From contig OY740792.1 in NCBI GenBank assembly GCA_963514005.1, positions 36,642,001-36,706,000 of the forward strand: a DNA stretch of 64,000 nucleotides, in the 5' to 3' direction. Made by a program: the position numbers and the translations under genes. Below the pieces are notes generated by a model. That model was not told the origin of the DNA and made no database searches. It saw nothing but the letters and a program-made list of their open reading frames with translations. Below, one piece after another: positions 49,901 to 58,900 of this stretch (positions are counted from its first letter, which is position 1; each line of letters starts with the position of its first letter). This DNA is from Raja brachyura. Taxonomy: Eukaryota.

Positions 49901-52900
49901 ACCAGCTCAGTTACTCCATCACTTTATGTCTGAAATTATACTTGGATTAAAACAGAAATGTTTTTGTAAAGACTATGTACAAGTTGATCATCAATGACTA
50001 GAAGTCATCTGACCTAAATAGTTTGAAGTGAGTCTGGGTTTGCACTCCATATCACTGATATTGGGTCAGCAGTCATTAATAATCAATAGTTAGCTTGTTT
50101 GAGAGCGTAAGCCAGTGGAGTGTTAAGTGGGAGATCAGTACATGGAGATAGTTTTAAAATAAAAGGGTACACAAAAAGCTGGAGAAACTCAGCAGGTGCA
50201 GCAGCATCTAAGGAGCAAAGGAGATAGGCGACGTTTCGGGTCGAGACCCTTCAAAGGTTTGGAGAATATTAAGGGCCTGTCCCACTAGCGCGCGATTAGA
50301 CGCGACAAGCGCGACAAATTCGGACGCGGGGGTCGCGTGGGGGTCAGGCGATCCCGGTGCGAGTGAAGGGCCTGTCCCACTAGCGCGCGATTACACGCGC
50401 GACGTCCGAAGGAAGGACGTTATTTTTCATCACGTGACGATGCGCATGAACATGCGCGTTGCACGACGTCGGGCAGTGACGTCATCACGCAACGCCACGC
50501 TGAAGACGCACAACGTCAAAACGTCATCACGTTAATCACGTTCTGCGCGACAGGATTTTGCCGCGCGTAATTTTTTAAGCAGTGTCGGTTTTTGGACACT
50601 ACGCGCGATGTCGACACCAGCTACACACAACTCGACGAGACTCCGGCGATCGCAGTGGGACAGGGTCACGCGAGGCCGGGCGACTAAAGCGACCACGGTA
50701 GGTCGCGCTTGTCGCGTCTAATCGCGCGCTAGTGGGACAGGCCCTTTACTATCTGTAAATCAACATTATTCTCCCTGCACATGTAAATAGAATTTCAATT
50801 TGCATTCACCCTTTCATCAATCACTGAGTCTTTACTGAGAGTCACTACCTCCAGATATCACACCCAAGTAGCCATTATTCATTGATTCAGGTGTGACAGA
50901 CAACTGACAGTCAATCATGTTGAACACCACTTGTGGTTAGGCCCTGATTGACAGGATTGACTTTAGACTAGAGATAGAACACGGAAACAGGCCCTTTGGC
51001 CCACCGAGCCCGTGCTGAACAGCAATCACCCTCTACGCAAGTGCTATCCTACATACAAGGGATAATTTTACAACTTCCCAAAGCCAATTAGCCTACAAAC
51101 CTGCACATCTTTGGAGTGTGGGAGGAAACCGGGGGACCCGGCGAAGATCCACATGGTCACAGGGAGAAAGTACAAACTCCCTACAGACTTCACCCGTAGT
51201 TGGGGTCGAACTCGGGTCTCTGGCACTGTGAGGCAGCAACTCGACTGCTGCGCCACTGTGCCGCTCTGAGGACTTGTTGAGAATAAAGGGCCTGTCCCAC
51301 TTGGGCATTATTTGCACGTCATTTATGCAACATCATTTACGCGTCACGACGCCCCAGGATTTCGGGATTCACAAAATCTTCGCACGCCACCTACGTGAGG
51401 CGCAAATGACACCCAAGTGGGACAAGCCCTTAAGTCTTGTGTAGCATTCTTCTAAAACGTGTTTAAATCTAATGAGGGTTGGTAAAGCCAACTTTCAGCT
51501 GTAGATGCTTACCCATATTGATAGAACCCAGCTGATCGAATTAGGTCTGGTGAACCGACAAATTTGTATTGGGAAAAATACCATTATTGTGCATCAGTTT
51601 ATTTTGTACCCCACTTTCTTTGAATGTAGACCCTTCTTTACAATAAGCCCTGCACGGGATGGTTTCAGCAAGACTGAATACAAGGAGCCGTGTGTTGCGG
51701 AGTGCTGACAATGTGAGTTTGGTTTTATTCACTGTCTGTTCAGACATTGTTCTTATCTCCCTTTGTTCTTGTTGCTAAGCATTTCTTTTTACGTACGTCA
51801 GATGTGTTCAATTTTGGTGCCAAATTATTTTTGCTGTCGCACCCCTGTTCTAATTCCTCTATTGTTGGCATGGACTATCATCAAACATATTGAAAAGCTC
51901 TATTAAAATTAGCATTTTGGCTGCTAAACTTGATGTCATGAGTATTGGGAAATGCTCACTTCAATCTCTGTGAATCTAATATCAAACCATGCAGAAACAC
52001 AATGGGTGGGGGGGAAGAAAAACTAGCAGAACATTGTGAATAAATAATTATTTTCTATCATCACTGTTATCTTTGAAATTGGTTTGGTTAGCTGAAAATA
52101 TCTAAAGGGTTTTGGAAACAGCACCAGATCAGCCAAAATAAAGCAAAGATCTTTAAGCCAAAATAAGTAATCTTGTCGCAAATGGTAGGATATGCATTGT
52201 CAACACAGACACAAGGAATTGCAGATGCTGGTTTACAAAAAAAAAACACATAAAGTGCTGGAGTAACTCAACTGGTCAGGCAACATTTCTGGAGGACGTG
52301 GATAGACATTTCGCGTCTGAAGAAGAGTCCCAACCCGAAACGTCACCTATCCACGTTCTTCAGAGGTGTTGCCTGAATCGCTGAGTTACTCCAGCACACT
52401 TGAAATATGGATAAAACAAGGGAGAGATGGTATTATCTAGAGACAGCAGGAAGTGGAAATATTCCAGGGCATCACATAATGGATTGGAGTTGAGAGAGTG
52501 GGAAAGTGTTGGGATGAGAAGGTAGAGCTATGGGAAGCAATCACCAGAGACGTACCTGGATGGAGGCATTCTGTACTCGTTTCCCTGACAGAATAGCTGA
52601 CCATTTAGCAACTACAGTCAGCTGGTCCTAGCAAAACAAATGAATCGTGATGTTTAGAGAAAGAAAAGTCGACATAAACCATTCAATCAAAAAAAAAGAA
52701 AATCAAAGAATTCAAAAACAGTAATAGTAGCATTAATTCAGAGAAAAATTATATGTGTTGGGAGAAAATCAGTGAGACTGAGAACATAGAATTTTTCTTT
52801 ACTTGTACGAAATAAAACAATACAACTTAATACACGGAACAATGTATCTATCAAAGTTTTGTAAAATGTACAAAAATACGTATATAAATGTACATACAAC

Positions 52901-55900
52901 CCCTTCTTCAAATCTTTGTACAATATGCCTTTAATTCAACATTGCCCAATTCACTTTATCCAATTGTTATTCATTTTTAGTTCAAATAATTGGATAAGTT
53001 ATTTGAATTAAAAAAGGAGCAAACTAAAAAAGGAGATCAGAAGGGCACAAAGGGGCCAGGCGATTGCTCTGGCGGGCAGCATAAAAGACAATCCCAAAAT
53101 ATTTTTTAAATACATAAGGGGGAAAAGGGTAACTAGAGAGAGAGTGGGACCTCTCAGGAATAAAAGTGGTCACCTCTGTGTGGAGCCACAGGAGATGGGC
53201 AAGGTACTAAATGAGTATTTCTCCTCTGTATTTACCGAGGAGAAAGACAGTAGGATGGAGGAAATTGAAGCAGTTACTGGAAGTGTCAGGAGAGTAGTCA
53301 AGGTTACTGTCCAGGAAGTACTGAAAGTACTGTCGTGTTTGAAGGTAGACAAATCTCCGGGGCCTGATCAGATATATCCGAGGACATTGTGGGAATATAG
53401 AGAGGAAAGTGCGGGAGCCCTGGTTGAAATTTATGAGTTGTCCTTAAATACAGGAGAGGTGTCGGGGGATTGGAGAGTGGCAAATGTTGTGCCTCGTTTC
53501 AAGAAGGGCTGCAGGGAAAATGCTGGGAACTATAGGCCGGTGAGCTTAACATCTGTAGTTGGTAAGTTATTGGAGAGTATTCTGAGGGATAGGTTATACA
53601 GGCATTTGGATGGGCAAGGGCTGATTAGGGACAGTCAGCATGGTTTTGTACATGGGAGGTCGTGTCTCACAAATCTGATTGATTTTTTTTGAAGACGTGA
53701 GCAAAAAGGTTGATGAAGGCAGAGCTGTAGATGTTGTGTACATGGACTTTAGTAGGTGTTCGACAAGGTGCCGCATGGTAGGCTCCTTTAGAAGGTTAGA
53801 TCTCATGGGATCCAAGGAGAGATAGTTGAATGGACAGCAAATTGGCTCCATGGAAGGAAGCAGATGGTGTTGGTGGAGGGCTGCTTCTCAGGCTGGAGGC
53901 CTGTGACTGGTGGTGTGCCTCAGGGTTTGGCGCTGGGCCCGTTACTGTTTGTCATCTACATCAATGATTTGGATGAGAACATACAAGTTCAGTTTTATGT
54001 TTGTTTGATGATACAAAAGCAAGTTTGTTGATGATACAAAAGTTAGTGGTTTTGCAGATAGTGAAGATGGTTTTGAACAATTGCAGCAGGATCTGGATCG
54101 ATTAGCCAGGTGGGCGGAGGAAATGTTGAAGGAATTTAATACAGAGAAGTGTGAGATGTTGCATTTTGGGACATCGAACAAGGGCAGGACCTACACAGTA
54201 AATGGTAGGCCTCAGGGTAGTGTTGTAGAGCAGAGGGATCTAAGAGTACAAGTGCATGACACCATGAAGGTCGAGTCGCAGGTAAATAAGTTGGTCAAAA
54301 AGGCTTTTGGCATTTTAGCCTTCATCAGTCAGAGTATTGAGTATAGAAGTTGGGAGGTCATGTTGCAGTTGTTTAAGACGTTGGTGAAATCGCATTTAGA
54401 ATATTGTGTTCAGTTCTGGGCACCATGTTATTGGAAAGATATTGTCAAGCTTGAAAAGGTTCAGAAAAGATTTACGAGGATGTTGCCAGGACTAGAGGAT
54501 GTGAGCTATAGGGAGAGGTTGAGTAGGCTGGGTCTCTATTCCATTGAGCGTAGGAGGATGAGGGGAGATCTTATAGAGGTATACAAAATCATGAGAGGAA
54601 TTGATCGGGTAGATGCACAGAGTCTTTTGACCAGAGTAGGGGAATCGAGGACCAGAGGACATGGGTTCAAGGTGAAGAGGATATAATAGGAATCCGAGGG
54701 GTAACTTTTTCACACAGAGGGTGGTGGGGGTATGGAACAAGCTGCCAGAGGAAGTAGTTGAGGCTGGGACTATCCCATCATTTAAGAAACAGTTGGGCAG
54801 GTACATGGATAGGACAGGTTTGGAGGGTTATGGACCAAGCGCAGGCAAGTGGGGCTAGGGTAGCTGGGCCATTGTTGGCTGGTGTTGACGAGTTGGGCTG
54901 AAGGGCCTGTTTCCACACTGTATCACTCTATGACTCTGTCAGATTTAAAACTATTGTACTAGAATAATCACAAGGCAACTGTACAAAATAACAAACATTC
55001 CAATTAATGAAAAATAATTACATAAAGAGAACATTTTGAAATACCAAGCTATTATTTCTATATCAACTCAGACATCAAACAGACTTGAACTGTGCTCAAC
55101 AATCTCAGATATTAGAGACACAGATGCTGAAATCATACATAAAACACAAGGTGATCAAGTAACTCAATGGATCATGAATGGAACGGGTAGGCTACTTTTG
55201 GGGTCAGGACACTTCTTCAGCAAGTTATCTTCTTTCGATAGGTACTAGGTAGACATTAATGCGACCAAAAAACGAATTCAGTTCTTCATTATTATTTCCA
55301 GTAGCGGGCCAGTCCAGGACCAGAGGCCCAACCACAGAATAAACGGACGTGTCTTAGAAATAGAGATGAGAAGGAATTTGGGTGGCGAATCTGTGGAATT
55401 CCCTGTCATAGACAGCAGTGGAGGCCAAGTAATTGGATATTTTTAAAGCAGAGATTGATAGGTTCTTGATTAGTAAAGCCCCTGTCCCACTTACGTGTCC
55501 TTGGCTCCGTGTGGTCGCGTTGAGGCGCGACGGTCCCGCGAAGGATGCGCGCGATTTCATGCGCCTGCACAGCCGTCTGGAGCGCGTGACGTAATTTGAA
55601 GATGGACACCATGTGCTGGAGTAACTCAGCGGGACCGGCAGCATCTCTGGAGAGAAGCAATGGGTGACGTTTCGTGTCGAGACTCTTCTTCAGTCTGAAA
55701 GAAGGGTCTTGACCCGAAACGTCATCCATTCCTTCTCTCCAGAGATGCTGCCGGTCCCGCTGAGTTACTCTAACATTTTGTGTCTATCTTCAATTTTCTT
55801 GGCCCCGCTCTGGGAGTAAAGTGGAAACGGATCCGGACCGCAACGGCCGTGAGCCCCAGGCCGAACTCGGCGATCGTTTGCCTGCTTCTGCTGCTGTTGG

Positions 55901-58900
55901 AGGTGAGACGTTGCGTCGGGCCAGGGTCTTGGGACTGTCCCACTTTGGCCGTCAGTTACGCGACAGGCCATTGGCGCGCAAAGATTTCGTCCGCTACAAA
56001 AATTTTGGAGCCTGGCGCGATGTCGATCACAACTACATACCCCTCCACGCTTCTCAGTGGGACCGGCCCCGCGCGGCCACACGATTCCTGTGCACCTCAA
56101 CACAACGACGAGGTCGCGTACTTTGCGCGCCAAGGACACGTAAGTGGGACAGGCCCTTAATGGTGTCAAAGGTTACAAGGAGAAGGCAGGAAAGTTGAGG
56201 TTGAGTGGGGAAAATACAGTGCCCTCCATAATGTATGGACAAAGACCGATCATTTATTTATTTGCCTCTGTGCTCCACAATTTGAGATTTGTAATAGACA
56301 AAAATCGCATGTGGTTAAAGTGCATATTGTCAGATTTTATTGGAGGTCATTTTTATACATTTTGGTTTCACCATGTAGAAATTACACCTGTGTTTATACA
56401 TAGTCCCCCATTTCAGGGCACCATGATGTTTGGGACACATGGCTTCATGGAGTTTGTAATTGCTCAGGTGTGTTTAATTGCCTCCTTAATGCAGGTATAA
56501 GAGAGGTCTTAGCACCAAGTCGTTCCTCCAGTCTTTCCATCACCTTTGGAAACTTTTATTGCTGTTCATCAACATGAGGACCAAAGTTGTGTCAATGAAA
56601 GTCAAAGAAGCCATTATGAGACTGAGAAACAAGAATAAAACTGTTAGAGACATCAGCCAAACCTTAGGCTTACCAAATTAAACTGTTTGGAACATCATTA
56701 ATAAGAAAGAGAGCACTGGTGAGCTTACTAATCACAAAGGGACTGGCAGGCCAAGGAAGACCTCCACAGCTGATGACAGAAGAATTATCTCTATATAAAG
56801 AAAAATCCCCAAACACCTGTTCGATAGATCAGAAACACTCTTCAGGTGTGGATTTGTCAATGACCACTGTCCGCAGAAGACTTCATGAACAGAAATACAG
56901 AGACGAAGACTAACATATCAGAGTGATGGCAAGAGCAAAGTATGGAGGAGAGAAGGAACTGCCCAAGATCCAAAACATACCACCTCATCTGTGAAACACG
57001 GTGGTGGGGGTGTTATGGCCTGGGCATGTATGGCTGCTGAAGGTATTGGCTCACTTATCTTCATTGATAATACAACTACTGATGGTAGTAACATAATGAA
57101 TTCTGAAGTGTGTAGACACATCTTATCTGCTCAAGTTCAAACAAAAACACATTGGCCGGAGTAAGACAATGATCCCAAACAAACTGCTAAAGCAACAAAG
57201 GAGCTTTTCAAAGCTAAAAAATGGTTAATTATTGAGTGGCCAAATCAATCACCCGATCTGAACCCAATTGAGCATGCCTTTTATATGCTGAAGAGAAAAC
57301 TGAAGGGGACTAGCCCCCAAAACAAGCATAAGCCAATGATGGCTGCAATACAGGCCTGGCAGAGCATCACCAGAGAAGACACCCAGCAACTGGTGATGTC
57401 CATGAATCGCAGACTTCAAGCAGTCATTGTATGCAAAGGATATGCAACTTTGATTGACAAGACATTGCTACTGTATTTCCCAAACATTATGGTGCCCTGA
57501 AATGGGGGGAACGATGTATAAACACTGCTATAATTTCTACATGGTGAAACCAAAATGTATAAAAATGGCCTTTATCAAAATCTGACAATGTGCACTTTAA
57601 CCACATGTGATTTTTTTCTATTACAAATCTCAAATTGTGGAGTAGAGAGGCAAATAAATAAATGATGGGTCTTTGTCCCAAGCATTATGGAGGGCACTGT
57701 AGATGAGCCATGATGGGCTGAATGGCCTAATTCTGGTCCTAAGTCTTTTGGGCCTATTCTGTTCCTCGCAGCACAATGCTGGTCAAAACTAATATATGTG
57801 ACTTTGGAGTAACAGGAAATAACAATGTTCCAAGTTATTTTTCAATTGTCATGCCAATTTAAATTAAATTGTAGCAATTTTCATCACAGCTGCTTTCAGC
57901 ATCATTCTCATGGCTCTGGGAGTTCAAATGAATTCAGAAAAAACCCCGCAGAAAAAGGATGATTTGCCCTTGGTTGAGACCATAAATAACTGAACTATAT
58001 CGAGCTAGTATTTAGGACTTCAAAGTCTCCTTAAATAACAAACTCCATTCCTTGACATTTACCTCTCCTCTTCAAGAAACGAGTAATGCCTTTGGCTCCG
58101 TTGTGCTGTAATTCCTCCATTGCATGCTTCGTATCTTTGGCAACAACTCACCAGAAAAAAAATGTTTTTGTATAGATCAGTTTCCTAGCTCTTACTTGAA
58201 CCCTCTTTCAATCTTGTGTCCCCGCTGCTCTTACAAATAGCTGGAGATTGTGAGGAATTAGAGAGAGGTTTGCCACAATGATGGAATGTCAACAACACTA
58301 TGTCTCAACTCTTTACTCTACCACTGATGGACCAGTAGTATGGAAGGGATGTAGTATTGCATCAGGTAGAAAGAAGGAACTGCAGATGCTGGTTAATACA
58401 CAAAGTGCTGGTGTAACTCAGCAGGTCAGGCAGCATCACTGGAAAACATAGGTAGGTGACGTTTCGGGTTGAGACCATTCCTAGCAACACATAGAATGCA
58501 ATCAGAAGGAATTCCTTAATGGGATAAGACTAAGACCAGGGAACGGAAGCACATATAAGTCTTCCACTCTCTCTGAATACTAGTGGGAGAATAAAATGCT
58601 GTTAAGGTATTGCTGTAGTCTGTTCAATGTGGTGAAGTAAAAGTTGCTTATTGCACAACATAGCAACACAATCTAACCCATTGTTATGCAGCACAGCAGC
58701 ATGGTGGGGCAGCGGTAGAGTTGCTTGCTTACAGCGCCAGAGACCCAAGTTCAATCCTGACGACACGGTGCTGTTTGTACGGAGTTTGTATGTTCTCCTT
58801 GTGACCGCATGGGTTTTCTTCGATAGCTCCGGTTTCCTCCCACACTTGAAAGACGTACAGGCTCATAGGTAAATTGGCTTTGGTAAAATTGTAAATTGTC

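Noticed and set aside
50272-50745. CpG-island-like regions (also 55477-56157, 60662-61227)
   Set aside because: Bounded exactly by TIRs and TWA targets: young MITEs rather than promoters.
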